From: Coprobacillaceae bacterium
Lineage (GTDB): Bacteria; Bacillota_I; Bacilli_A; Erysipelotrichales; Coprobacillaceae
NCBI GenBank assembly: GCA_963675515.1
Contig: OY776328.1
Coordinates: forward strand, 840,001 to 872,000
Direction: 5' to 3'
Length of the DNA stretch: 32,000 nucleotides
Part shown: in pieces, positions 1-9,450 of the stretch
How positions within the stretch are numbered: the first letter of the stretch is position 1
Layout of the letters: each line of letters opens with the position of its first letter
Position numbers and translations under genes: made by a program
Notes under the pieces: generated by a model
What the model saw: the letters and a program-made list of their open reading frames with translations, nothing else
Told to the model about the DNA's origin: nothing
Databases searched by the model: none

Positions 1-327
1 TATAGGGATTTCATCCTTAAATGTGAAAACTTTCCACTTGAAGGAACCGAAATCATTAAGTTCGGTGATCATTAAGACGCCACGCACTCTTTTATTATAG
101 GTGGTCCTACTAATAATTTTGTTTTGAAGTTGCGAAAGATAGAGCTTTAGCAGTGAATCCATAATTTCTTGACTATAGTTGATTTGGTTTAAGTCAGAAT
201 ATCTTTTCAAAATGGGGTTAAAGTAGCTGGATTCGTAGGCCTGAATGGTAAGTTCATTATAGCCTTGAGACTTCAGGTTATTTAAAGCAAGCTGAACTAA
301 TTCGTCGATACTATTCAAATTTTTCAT
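1..327 (-). CDS. Partial CDS (N-terminal 109 codons, open at the left window edge). Hypothetical protein, possibly the N-terminal domain of a tyrosine recombinase/integrase.
   Basis: It is absent from the ORF track because it runs off the window. ATG is at 327-325 (minus strand), preceded by AGGAGG (reverse complement of 338-343). My translation is MKNLNSIDELVQLALNNLKSQGYNELTIQAYESSYFNPILKRYSDLNQINYSQEIMDSLLKLYLSQLQNKIISRTTYNKRVRGVLMITELNDFGSFKWKVFTFKDEIPI. The helical pattern resembles integrase SAM-like N-domains, but the function is a guess. The gene is visibly more AT-rich than its neighbours. Confidence 0.45.
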   Translation of the reverse strand, partial: MKNLNSIDELVQLALNNLKSQGYNELTIQAYESSYFNPILKRYSDLNQINYSQEIMDSLLKLYLSQLQNKIISRTTYNKRVRGVLMITELNDFGSFKWKVFTFKDEIPI

Positions 328-464
328 TTCAAACTACCTCCTAACTACATTATAGACTGAAAATAAAATTATCCCGACTTTTAATAATACAAAAAGAGAC
401 TATCCCTCAAAAATACATATTTGTCGGGATAATCCAAAAGTCGGTATAAGTGGTGTGAGAGGTC

Positions 465-493
465 GAAAATAAATAGGGAAACTATTTATTTTC
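465..493. terminator. AT-rich perfect 12-bp hairpin downstream of the HAD gene (possible terminator)
   Basis: GAAAATAAATAG-ggaaa-CTATTTATTTTC lies 19 nt beyond the stop at 512-514. There is no separate T-run, but the 3' arm is itself U-rich. Confidence 0.3.
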
Positions 494-511
494 TCCTACT
501 CGATTTTATTA

Positions 512-1354
512 CTAGCGCGCTTCGATCAGTCCGAAATGCACGAAAGCGTTGTACAGTCCGTCATCATCAACGCCATCGGTAACATAATCGGCCATGGCCT
601 TGATCCCGTCGCCGCCGCTGCCCATGGCGATTCCCACTTTGCAGTGTTCAAGCATGTCGATGTCGATATTGGCATCACCGAAGGCGAAGGTGTCTTCGAT
701 CGATGCCCCCAGGTAGTCAAGCAGGTGGTTGATCGCATTGGCTTTGGTGATCCCTTTGACACCGAGGTCACCGAACAGGGCGATTTCTCCGGCCCCACCC
801 CAGGTTCCCGGTTTTAGATCAGGGAATTCCTCGATTGAATCGAGATGGTCCTGATAGCTTTCCAGGATGAAACTCACCTTGTTGAGGTCGTCGCGGTAAA
901 GCTCGCCACCATAGATCATTTCCGGATAGATGTCGTCGACCGTTATGGTTGAAGCATTTTCCTTGCCTTTGCGCCGTGAATATTCCTGCATCACCGGAGT
1001 TGCCCGTTCCTTGAAGTTTTTCGAAGCGAAAAGCCCGTTGTTGCTTTCCAGGTAGAACTCCAGCTTGCGCGAATCAAGCCAGTCTACTATATGTTTGCCT
1101 TGTTCCCTGGTGATCAGCTGGTGCATGACAACTGTGTCGTTGTCTTCGACATAGCTGCCGTTGCCCCCGATCATCCCGTCCAGTCCGATATCCCACAGGT
1201 AGGGATAAACCTCGGCTTTCGACCGGCCGGTGCAGATATACACCCGATGGCCTTTCTTTCTTGCTTCCTTGATTGCATAGTCCGCCGATTCAGGCAATTT
1301 GTTTTCATAGTTGACCAATGTCCCATCGACATCGATAAAGATAATTTTGTTCAT
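512..1354 (-). CDS. Cof-type HAD-IIB family phosphatase/hydrolase
   Basis: 280-aa ORF. It carries HAD motif I FIDVDGTL and motif IV FGDANIDIDML, with a Cof-like cap region. AGGAGA lies upstream of the ATG at 1354. Confidence 0.85.
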   Translation of the reverse strand: MNKIIFIDVDGTLVNYENKLPESADYAIKEARKKGHRVYICTGRSKAEVYPYLWDIGLDGMIGGNGSYVEDNDTVVMHQLITREQGKHIVDWLDSRKLEFYLESNNGLFASKNFKERATPVMQEYSRRKGKENASTITVDDIYPEMIYGGELYRDDLNKVSFILESYQDHLDSIEEFPDLKPGTWGGAGEIALFGDLGVKGITKANAINHLLDYLGASIEDTFAFGDANIDIDMLEHCKVGIAMGSGGDGIKAMADYVTDGVDDDGLYNAFVHFGLIEAR

Positions 1355-1494
1355 GGCTTTCTCCTTTTTGTTTCCCTTATTTTATCAAATAAGCAGAAAT
1401 ATGAAAGGCAGCGGGGGAATGATGAAATAATTGTGGCAGAAATTGTCCGCAAAAAATGATTTTGTTGAAACAGGTGACCAGTTGCACTTACCGG

Positions 1495-2451
1495 TTATTT
1501 CTTGGCATAGCCGGTTGTGAAGTCGACTTCGTTTATCAGGGGCAGGTTGTTGAGGAGGTTATCGAGATTGCTTATGACCAGGTCCGTGAAGTACTGCTGG
1601 GTTGTGGGCCAGCGGTAGGAGCTGGACACATGGGGCGTGATGAATACCTTATCGTAGTCCCATAAGCCGTCATCATCGCTGAGCGGTTCGTTTTCAACCA
1701 CGTCGAGACATACACTGTGAAGTTTGCCGGAATCGAGGGTCTTTTTAAGGTCTTGAGTATTGACCGCCGAACCTCTGCCGATATTGATGAAACTCGCATT
1801 GTCTTTCATCAACTCGAAGCGATTGAAGTCGAACAGGTGGACGGTGGCAGGGGTGTGGGGCAGGCAGGAGATGATGAAGTCGCCTAAAGGCAGGACCTTG
1901 TCAATATCATCAATGGTATGCAGCTCGTCGACGTTTTCTGGAAGATTGTCCATGGTCCGCTTGATTCCGATTATCCTGCACCCGAAGGCTTTCAGCCTTT
2001 TTGCGAGTTCCAGTCCGATATTCCCCAAACCGACAATGACAACGGTGGAGTTGTAAAGTTCCTTGCCAACGCCCCAGTCATGCCAGCGGTGGTTGTCCAT
2101 GTTGGCAAAGTAGCTGCGGAAATTCTTGTTCAGCGCCAGGATCATACCAATCGTGTGTTCGGCCATGGCCTTTGAATGGGCACCGGTCGCATTGGCCAGC
2201 TTGGTGTTGTCATGGAGCATGCCGGGCTGGACGTAGCGGTCGCTTCCGGCACTGTTTAGAAACAATGCCTGCAATCCGGGCCGGTTGAGATTCAAAGATG
2301 ATCCGGGATTTCCAATCAGGATGTCGCAGTCGTCGATTTCCTCCTGGGTCACTGTTTTCCGGGAACTGAAACTGAATTCAAGATCCTGAAAACTGCTTGT
2401 TATCGCTTCTATGTATTCGCTGTCCAAGGGTGTCAATACTAGTACTTTCAT
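1495..2451 (-). CDS. D-isomer-specific 2-hydroxyacid dehydrogenase family protein (NAD-binding)
   Basis: The track ORF extends to 2526, but ATG at 2451 gives the typical N-terminus MKVLVLTPLD. Motifs seen are the NAD motif VGLGNIGLELAKRL, INIGRG, LDVVENEP and ITPHVSS. Confidence 0.8.
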   Translation of the reverse strand: MKVLVLTPLDSEYIEAITSSFQDLEFSFSSRKTVTQEEIDDCDILIGNPGSSLNLNRPGLQALFLNSAGSDRYVQPGMLHDNTKLANATGAHSKAMAEHTIGMILALNKNFRSYFANMDNHRWHDWGVGKELYNSTVVIVGLGNIGLELAKRLKAFGCRIIGIKRTMDNLPENVDELHTIDDIDKVLPLGDFIISCLPHTPATVHLFDFNRFELMKDNASFINIGRGSAVNTQDLKKTLDSGKLHSVCLDVVENEPLSDDDGLWDYDKVFITPHVSSSYRWPTTQQYFTDLVISNLDNLLNNLPLINEVDFTTGYAKK

Positions 2452-2783
2452 AATAGTCCTCTTCTTTCTGTGAGTTACATACATTTTAACATATCCATGA
2501 TTATCGTTCCAATAAGTTCTTATCAACTTTCGCAGTCCATTGCCCTGTCAAAGATGTTCCTACAGAATCAGCGAATTGATTTGACAAGTGGCATCCAAGG
2601 TTGGATGAAGGCTCAATGACCGCCTGAAAAAGGTGGTTCAACCGGGAGAGTGGAAATAATCACGCAAATGTCATGGCTTTTGTTTTGGATTGAACTATGA
2701 TAAAATCAAATTAGAAAAGGAGCTTCAAGGCGTGGGGTGCATAAAATTGTTTGATATGTCTGTAATCTGGAAGGAGTCTTATA

Positions 2784-3713
2784 ATGAAAGCTGTAGCAAC
2801 GCTGTTTCCTGTGTTTTTCATGATTGCCCTGGGCATGTTTGCCAGGGTCAGACATCTGGTTACCCCGCAGCAAAAAGACGGGGCCAACCATATCGTCTTC
2901 AACGTGCTTTTTCCAATCCTTATCTTCCATATCCTGTTCACATCGACAATCGAGCTTTCAGCCATGTTCATCGTCCTGTATGTCTTTGTGGTTTTCTGCT
3001 TGATGATGGTGGCGGGAAAACTACTGGGAAAATTCACCGGTGAGCGATTCGCACATATTTCGTTCTACATGCTCACTACATGCGAAGGCGGGAACGTGGC
3101 TTTGCCGCTGTACCTGTCGATAGTCGGAGCTTCAAGCAATACCGTGATATTCGATCTGGCCGGAATCACCTTGGCCTTTGTCATCATTCCAATCATGGTC
3201 GCCAGGACTAGCGCCGGTAATGTGGGCACTTCCCAGCTGATAAGAAGGATAATCACCAACTCCTTTGTGATCGCCGTCATCCTGGGTTTGGGTCTCAATA
3301 TGCTTGGGGTCCATGACCGACTTGTTTCAAGCCGGTTCAACGAACTTTACGTCAACACCATGGCCCAGGCCACTGCGCCGATTGTCGGGATGATTCTTTT
3401 GATCATCGGCTACAACCTGAAAATCCACCTCGACACCTTGGGTTCCGTGTTGAAACTGCTGCTTGTAAGAATCGGGGGCTATGCCCTTGTCATCTCCGGT
3501 TTCTTCGTTCTTTTCCCGGCCCTGATGGCTGACAAGATTTTCATGATCGCAGTACTGATCTATTTCATGTCACCGACGGGCTTCGTTGTGCCGATGCAGC
3601 TAGAACCACTGTTCAAGGACAGGGATGAATACAGCTACACATCCGCAGTAATATCGCTCAACATGATCATCACCCTGGTCGTCTACGCTCTGGTTGTGGT
3701 CTTCATCGCTTAG
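2784..3713 (+). CDS. AEC (auxin efflux carrier) family permease
   Basis: 309-aa polytopic membrane ORF with N-terminus MKAVATLFPVFFMIALGMFA. AAGGAG lies 7 nt upstream of the ATG. Confidence 0.7.
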   Translation: MKAVATLFPVFFMIALGMFARVRHLVTPQQKDGANHIVFNVLFPILIFHILFTSTIELSAMFIVLYVFVVFCLMMVAGKLLGKFTGERFAHISFYMLTTCEGGNVALPLYLSIVGASSNTVIFDLAGITLAFVIIPIMVARTSAGNVGTSQLIRRIITNSFVIAVILGLGLNMLGVHDRLVSSRFNELYVNTMAQATAPIVGMILLIIGYNLKIHLDTLGSVLKLLLVRIGGYALVISGFFVLFPALMADKIFMIAVLIYFMSPTGFVVPMQLEPLFKDRDEYSYTSAVISLNMIITLVVYALVVVFIA

Positions 3714-3825
3714 AAAAGATAACAATGTCGACGGATCCGAGTTCCATAGGGCTTTCGTTCCAGTTGAACAAAATCGGTTTTTGAAGCCGGCTTTACTCAA
3801 GTACGAATATATAAGGAGGGAAGAC

Positions 3826-4710
3826 ATGTACGACAAACATCTTGAAACATTCATCAAAGTTGCCCAGGCCGGAAGCTTCAACAAGGCGGCCCAGGAGCTC
3901 TTCCTTTCGCCTAATGCGATCATGAAGCAGGTCAATCTCCTCGAACAACGTCTGGATATGGCGCTGTTCGAACGCACCCATCAGGGGATTGTCCTGACCC
4001 AGGCCGGCCAGTCGATCTATGATGATGCCCTTAATCTAATCGACTATAGCAACAAGGCTGTTGAAAAGGCCCGGGGTTTCAACACCAGCGTCATCAATAT
4101 CGGGACATCACTTACGACACCAGTCAATTTCCTCGTCAAGCTGTGGCCCAGGATCGTCCAGAATGAACCGAGCCTGTCGTTCGAGCTGATAACCTTTGAA
4201 AACACCCCGAAAAACGCCCAGGAAATAATGAACAACTTTGGCGCGGATATCGACCTGGTTGCGGGTATCTATAATGATAATCTCCTTGAAAGACGCAGCT
4301 GTCAGGCTTTGAAGATAATCGACAGCCCGGTGAAAATCGCAATGGCTTTGGACCATCCCCTGGCTTTCAAAACGGAACTCGAAGTTGGAGACCTGGCCGG
4401 TCAGAAAATCATGGTCATCACGCCCGGCTATATGGATACCTTCGATGAAATTCGGGAATTCCTGAACAATCAGACTCTTGGAGTCGACATAGTAGAGTTC
4501 CCTTTCTATGATATGTCCGTATTCAATCGCTGCGTCAAGGAAAAATCGCTGCTCCTGTCGGTCGGTCACTGGGAGACCATCCATCCCCTGGTAAAAACTC
4601 TGCCGGTCAAATGGGACTTCACCATTCCCTATGGGATCATCTATTCCAAAAATCCATCAGCCAAGGTCGAACTTTTCATCAAGACGCTTAAAAAAGCCTA
4701 CTATGACTAG
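3826..4710 (+). CDS. LysR-family transcriptional regulator
   Basis: The track ORF starts at 3694. AAGGAGG (3813-3819) plus ATG 3826 gives a canonical LysR wHTH N-terminus, MYDKHLETFIKVAQAGSFNKAAQELFLSPNAIMKQVNLLEQRL. Confidence 0.85.
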   Translation: MYDKHLETFIKVAQAGSFNKAAQELFLSPNAIMKQVNLLEQRLDMALFERTHQGIVLTQAGQSIYDDALNLIDYSNKAVEKARGFNTSVINIGTSLTTPVNFLVKLWPRIVQNEPSLSFELITFENTPKNAQEIMNNFGADIDLVAGIYNDNLLERRSCQALKIIDSPVKIAMALDHPLAFKTELEVGDLAGQKIMVITPGYMDTFDEIREFLNNQTLGVDIVEFPFYDMSVFNRCVKEKSLLLSVGHWETIHPLVKTLPVKWDFTIPYGIIYSKNPSAKVELFIKTLKKAYYD

Positions 4711-4745
4711 TTGCAACCTTTTGGTTATAACCCGATAGCTTTTCG

Positions 4746-4768
4746 AGACTTCTATGAAGTCTTTTTTT
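4746..4768 (+). terminator. Hairpin plus T-run between the LysR gene and the AKR gene
   Basis: AGACTTC-tat-GAAGTCT is followed by TTTTTT. The stem is short (7 bp), so this could be a weak terminator or an attenuator. Confidence 0.45.
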
Positions 4769-4796
4769 GTATTATGATGGTTTTAGGAGGAATGGA

Positions 4797-5765
<969 letters not shown>

Positions 5766-5833
5766 TAAATAGAGCCTCAAATTACATTTAGAAAACCAAA
5801 CAAATCGGATTATTCGATCTAGGAGGAAACAAA

Positions 5834-7087
5834 ATGAACAAACAAAAACTGCAGATGATTTCACTGCTGCTCTCATCAACTGTCGTCGTATCCTGGGGCG
5901 TGATGAATATCAATATCCCGGCCATGGCCAGAGTTTTCAACGATGTGCCTTTGGCGATGGTGGAAAACCTGGCTACGGTGTCATCGCTGTTTATCATGAT
6001 TGCCGTTTTGCTTTCCCACCGGATTGCCAGGATCCTGGGTTACAAGCGGACAATTGTGACCGGTTTGGCGCTGGTGGTGGTCAGCGGGCTGGTTCCCTTG
6101 CTTGTAGACAACTTCTATGTGATCTTTATTTCCCGGGCAACCCTGGGATTTGGGATCGGGATGTTCCAGGCATTGCTTGTATCCTTGAACAAGTATTTCT
6201 ACTCCGGTGAGACCAGGACAAGGATGTTTGGCTACCAGAGCGCCTTCGAGGGACTGGGCGGGGTCACGCTGACCTTCATTGCCGGGCAGCTGGTCAGGCT
6301 GGGCTGGCAGGGGATATTCTGGATATACTTGTTGGTGATTCCGGTAATCATCCTCTTCATTCTTTTTGTCCCGGCCGTGACGACCGAGGATATCATCGCC
6401 AAAAGCAATCTGGAGGCGGCCAAGTCGGATTCCAATCCGAAAACGAATGGAAATGCATTTCATGACATGTTGCCCGCAGTCAAATACATCGCTTTGGTGT
6501 TCGTCCTGGCCATCATGTACATGATCCTGGGGATAAAGGCTACCGCTCTGATCATTGAAAAAGGGATCGGAAGCGCGACCGACGGGGCGACCGTGTTGCT
6601 TCTTGTCGGGGTCGGGGCGATGAGTTCCGGGTTTGTCTTTGGCAGATTGACCAGGGTCACGAAGAATCTTACTTTGCCACTTGGTTATCTGACCCTGGCT
6701 TTGGCCATGTTCCTGGTGGGAACCGCCGGGAATATCATGGTGATGTCATTGGGCGGGCTGCTTGCCGGATTCTCGTTTAGGACGATCTTCCCTTACCTTT
6801 TGAACCATGTCAACAGCGGCAAGTTCCAAAACAGCGGCCTGATAACTTCATTGCTGCTTGTGGCGCTCAACCTCGGGACATTTGCTTCGCCATACGGGGC
6901 GATGGTCCTAAGCAGGATAGCCGGTTCGGATGCGATTGCAACGATCTTCCACCTGATCACCGCAATCCTGGTTGTCATGGCCGGCGGCTCTTTGCTTGGG
7001 GGAAAAATAATGAATCTCGCAAAGTTTGAGATCGCTAGGAATGGATCTCTCGACAACATATCAAACGAAGAAGCTGGGGAGTGTTAA
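5834..7087 (+). CDS. MFS transporter
   Basis: 417-aa ORF with about 12 hydrophobic segments. AGGAGG RBS is present. It lies 68 nt downstream of the AKR gene and is probably co-transcribed. Confidence 0.75.
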   Translation: MNKQKLQMISLLLSSTVVVSWGVMNINIPAMARVFNDVPLAMVENLATVSSLFIMIAVLLSHRIARILGYKRTIVTGLALVVVSGLVPLLVDNFYVIFISRATLGFGIGMFQALLVSLNKYFYSGETRTRMFGYQSAFEGLGGVTLTFIAGQLVRLGWQGIFWIYLLVIPVIILFILFVPAVTTEDIIAKSNLEAAKSDSNPKTNGNAFHDMLPAVKYIALVFVLAIMYMILGIKATALIIEKGIGSATDGATVLLLVGVGAMSSGFVFGRLTRVTKNLTLPLGYLTLALAMFLVGTAGNIMVMSLGGLLAGFSFRTIFPYLLNHVNSGKFQNSGLITSLLLVALNLGTFASPYGAMVLSRIAGSDAIATIFHLITAILVVMAGGSLLGGKIMNLAKFEIARNGSLDNISNEEAGEC

Positions 7088-7112
7088 AATTCTCCGGTTT
7101 CTTATTTTCCTG

Positions 7113-7143
7113 TTGACATGGAGTCGGCTCCATCATTTATGAT
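7113..7143 (+). promoter_or_regulatory. MerR-type promoter P1 (19-bp spacer) upstream of the UPF0303 gene
   Basis: The sequence is TTGACA-tggagtcggctccatcatt-TATGAT. The spacer is exactly 19 nt. The dyad ATGGAG-tcgg-CTCCAT (7118-7133) sits inside the spacer. Confidence 0.65.
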
Positions 7144-7191
7144 GTATCCGGACAAAGAAAATTGGTAAAATTAAACTAGGAGAAATCGACA

Positions 7192-7689
7192 ATGGAGAAC
7201 TACTATCACTATTTTGCGGCCAAAAAGGATCTGCCAAACAAGGCCGATATATTGCAACAGGAAGATAATCTTCACTTTGGTGCATTCGACCGCGACGCGG
7301 CCTTGACTCTGATCAACATAATCGTGGCCAATGCCAAAGAAGCGAACAAGAGCGTGGCGGTGCGGATCATGATTGGTGATGATCTGACCGGGCAGTATTT
7401 CATGGAAGGGGTTGATTTTCTCAACGGTCTTTCATGGCTCGAACGGAAGGAAAAGGTGGTAAGACTAAGTGGCCATAGCTCATACTACACCTTCCTGTCG
7501 AACATGGATGAACATCTTTATGATGATCTGATCTTCGATGAATCTTATGGCTTTGTGGGAGGCGGCTTTCCCATCATCGTGCAGGATGTAGTGATCGGCA
7601 CAGTGACTGTGACAGGACTCCGCCACAATGAGGACCATGAACTGGTCGTCACCGCCCTTGATATGTTTAAACAAAGCGCAGGATATTGA
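7192..7689 (+). CDS. UPF0303 / GlcG-HbpS-like (heme-binding/degrading domain) protein
   Basis: 165-aa ORF with an AGGAG RBS. The C-terminal part GGGFPIIVQDVVIGTVTVTGLRHNEDHELV is typical of this family, as I recall it. Confidence 0.6.
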   Translation: MENYYHYFAAKKDLPNKADILQQEDNLHFGAFDRDAALTLINIIVANAKEANKSVAVRIMIGDDLTGQYFMEGVDFLNGLSWLERKEKVVRLSGHSSYYTFLSNMDEHLYDDLIFDESYGFVGGGFPIIVQDVVIGTVTVTGLRHNEDHELVVTALDMFKQSAGY

Positions 7690-7877
7690 CAATACCATAA
7701 ATATGTCAATTTCTTGATTGAAAGGCGATTATGTAAATTGCCTAAGCAAACGTTTAAAGATAAGATTGTTATAACCCTATGACCGAAAGTCCTGGATGCC
7801 GGTAAATTCCAATAATTGAAGATTGCTCCGTAAAACCATTTGCACCTTGGAAGCGGAGCTAAGATAAAGGAGTCATT

Positions 7878-9206
7878 ATGAGATTCACAAACAAAGATCT
7901 GAAAAATATGATCATTCCCCTGTTTTTCGAGCAGCTTCTGGTGATGCTTGTGGGTATCGCCGATACGTTCGTGGTAAGCTACGTCGGCGAGTCCGCCGTA
8001 TCGGGAGTTTCACTGGTAAACATGTTCAACACTATCTTCATCTATCTGTTCACCGCCCTGGCTTCAGGTGGCTCGATAGTCATCTCCCAGTATATCGGGA
8101 ACTGGCAAAAGGATGACAGTGTCAAGGCTTCCAGCCAGCTGCTGATGTTCTCGGCGGTGTTTTCGACAGTCATGGCGGTTTTGATCCTGATGGTCGACAA
8201 ATGGCTGCTGGCTCTGATGTTCGGTTCAGTCGAAGCGGCCGTCATGGAAGCCTGCCTTGTCTATCTGAAAATCAGCGCACTGTCTTATCCGGCCCTGGCA
8301 ATCTACAATGCGGGTGCGGCCATGTACCGCTCGATGGGAAAAACCAGTGTCACGATGTATATTTCAATCGTGGCAAATTTAATCAATGTCGTTGGGAACC
8401 TGGTCGGGGTATTCGTTTTGAAAGCCGGAGTGGCCGGGGTTGCTTACCCTTCGCTGATGGCCCGGGTGTTCAGTGCCCTGGCGATAACCTGGCTATGTTT
8501 CAATAAGAAGAACATAACCTACTACAAGAAACAATGGATTCTCTACTGGGATAAGTCAATCATCAGTAAGATCATGGGTATTGCGGTTCCCAACGGCATC
8601 GAAAGCGGCATCTTCCAGCTGGTGAAGGTTGCCCTGTCGAGCGTGGTCACCTTGTTTGGCACCTACCAGATCGCCGCCAACGGGATTGCCCAGAGCATCT
8701 GGTCACTGGCGGCCCTATCCGGGGTGACGATGGCCCCGGTCTACATCACGTTGATCGGGCAGTGCATGGGGGCCCAGGATCTCGAGGGGGCGAAGTACTA
8801 TTTCAAGAAGCTCACCAGGATGACGTTGTTGTTCTCGGTAGGGTGGAACATCTTCATTTTTGCGATCAACCCATTTATCATGCAGTTCTACAACCTTTCG
8901 ACCCAGACAGTCAACCTGGTCATCTGGCTTGTCGCCATCCACAACATCTTCAACACCGTCGTCTTCCCGTTTTCGGGACCGCTGTCGAACGGCCTGCGGG
9001 CGACCGGGGATGTCCGGTACACGATGATCGTCTCGATCGCATCGACGGTGTTGGGCCGGTTCATCTTCTCGATCATCTTCGGGATTTATTTCAACCTCGG
9101 GGTTATCGGTATCGCCTTGGCGATGTGTCTTGACTGGACCATCCGTGCCGTTGTCTTCTTCTTGAGATACAGATCGGACAAATGGCAGCAGTTCAAGATC
9201 ATCTAG
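7878..9206 (+). CDS. MATE family efflux transporter
   Basis: 442-aa, 12-TM-like ORF. The N-terminus, including IIPLFFEQLLVMLVGIADTFVVSYVGESAVSGVSL, is characteristic of MATE. AAGGAG RBS is present. Confidence 0.85.
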   Translation: MRFTNKDLKNMIIPLFFEQLLVMLVGIADTFVVSYVGESAVSGVSLVNMFNTIFIYLFTALASGGSIVISQYIGNWQKDDSVKASSQLLMFSAVFSTVMAVLILMVDKWLLALMFGSVEAAVMEACLVYLKISALSYPALAIYNAGAAMYRSMGKTSVTMYISIVANLINVVGNLVGVFVLKAGVAGVAYPSLMARVFSALAITWLCFNKKNITYYKKQWILYWDKSIISKIMGIAVPNGIESGIFQLVKVALSSVVTLFGTYQIAANGIAQSIWSLAALSGVTMAPVYITLIGQCMGAQDLEGAKYYFKKLTRMTLLFSVGWNIFIFAINPFIMQFYNLSTQTVNLVIWLVAIHNIFNTVVFPFSGPLSNGLRATGDVRYTMIVSIASTVLGRFIFSIIFGIYFNLGVIGIALAMCLDWTIRAVVFFLRYRSDKWQQFKII

Positions 9207-9276
9207 GACAAGACAAGCCAAAATTGATTTAAAAACAAGGTTCGAGCAGTTTAGACGATGATTCGACAATAATGCC

Positions 9277-9331
9277 GCATGCAAGCATATCACTCAGGAT
9301 TCAATCAGTTTCCTGACTGGCATGCTTTTTT
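9277..9331 (+). terminator. Rho-independent terminator after the MATE gene
   Basis: An interrupted hairpin GCATGC..CACTCAGG-loop-CCTGACTGGCATGC is followed by TTTTTT. Confidence 0.7.
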
Positions 9332-9374
9332 GTCTTTTTGAAGATGTTATGGCGGAAATTTTAAGAATCGTTTT

Positions 9375-9403
9375 TTGCATTCGGTGACCATAAATGATAA
9401 AAT
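9375..9403 (+). promoter_or_regulatory. Sigma-A-type promoter with extended -10 for the crt-like operon
   Basis: TTGCAT, then a 17-nt spacer ending in TGa, then TAAAAT. It lies about 48 nt upstream of ATG 9451. Confidence 0.6.
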
Positions 9404-9450
9404 TGAATTATGAAACGCAGTCAATGTAGGAATTGAGTGAGGTGTTATTT

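Noticed and set aside
2592-2607. A palindrome CATCCAA-gg-TTGGATG directly after a TTGACA, in the divergent region between the dehydrogenase and AEC genes.
   Set aside because: No -10 follows at any sensible spacing. Palindromes with 7-bp arms are expected a couple of times by chance. It is kept only as a possible operator for an unknown regulator.
3694-3825. N-terminal extensions given by the ORF track: 3694, 4767, 9433 (TTG), 11006, 16880 (TTG), 28199 (TTG) and the 2526 end of the dehydrogenase.
   Set aside because: In each case an internal ATG with a properly spaced Shine-Dalgarno gives the family-typical N-terminus. The extensions overlap upstream genes or lack an RBS.
4711-4741. A possible sixth 19-bp-spacer promoter, TTGCAA-ccttttGGTTATAACCcga-TAGCTT, lies between the LysR and AKR genes. 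A similar TGTTATAACC lies upstream of the MATE gene (7767-7776).
   Set aside because: The -10 is poor and the dyad is unrelated to the AGT/ACT motif. The element is followed immediately by a hairpin plus T-run. I estimate about 30 perfect 10-bp palindromes by chance in 32 kb. The shared 10-mer is likewise within chance expectation for the intergenic DNA.
7690-7877. A 188-nt leader upstream of the MATE gene with small hairpins (for example GCTCCG...CGGAGC at about 7826-7860), considered as a possible riboswitch.
   Set aside because: I cannot match it to any riboswitch consensus I know, such as guanidine-I/ykkC, and the hairpins are short. It would need an Rfam/Infernal scan.
8715-9293. Long antisense or alternate-frame ORFs overlapping real genes. 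Examples are 8715-9293, 4108-4584, 5171-5722, 5981-6463, 24360-24938, 18127-18528 and 11033-11389.
   Set aside because: These are shadow ORFs opposite or within well-supported genes. Their composition is low-complexity (Arg/Pro/Gly/Ser-rich), and they have no RBS or recognisable domains.
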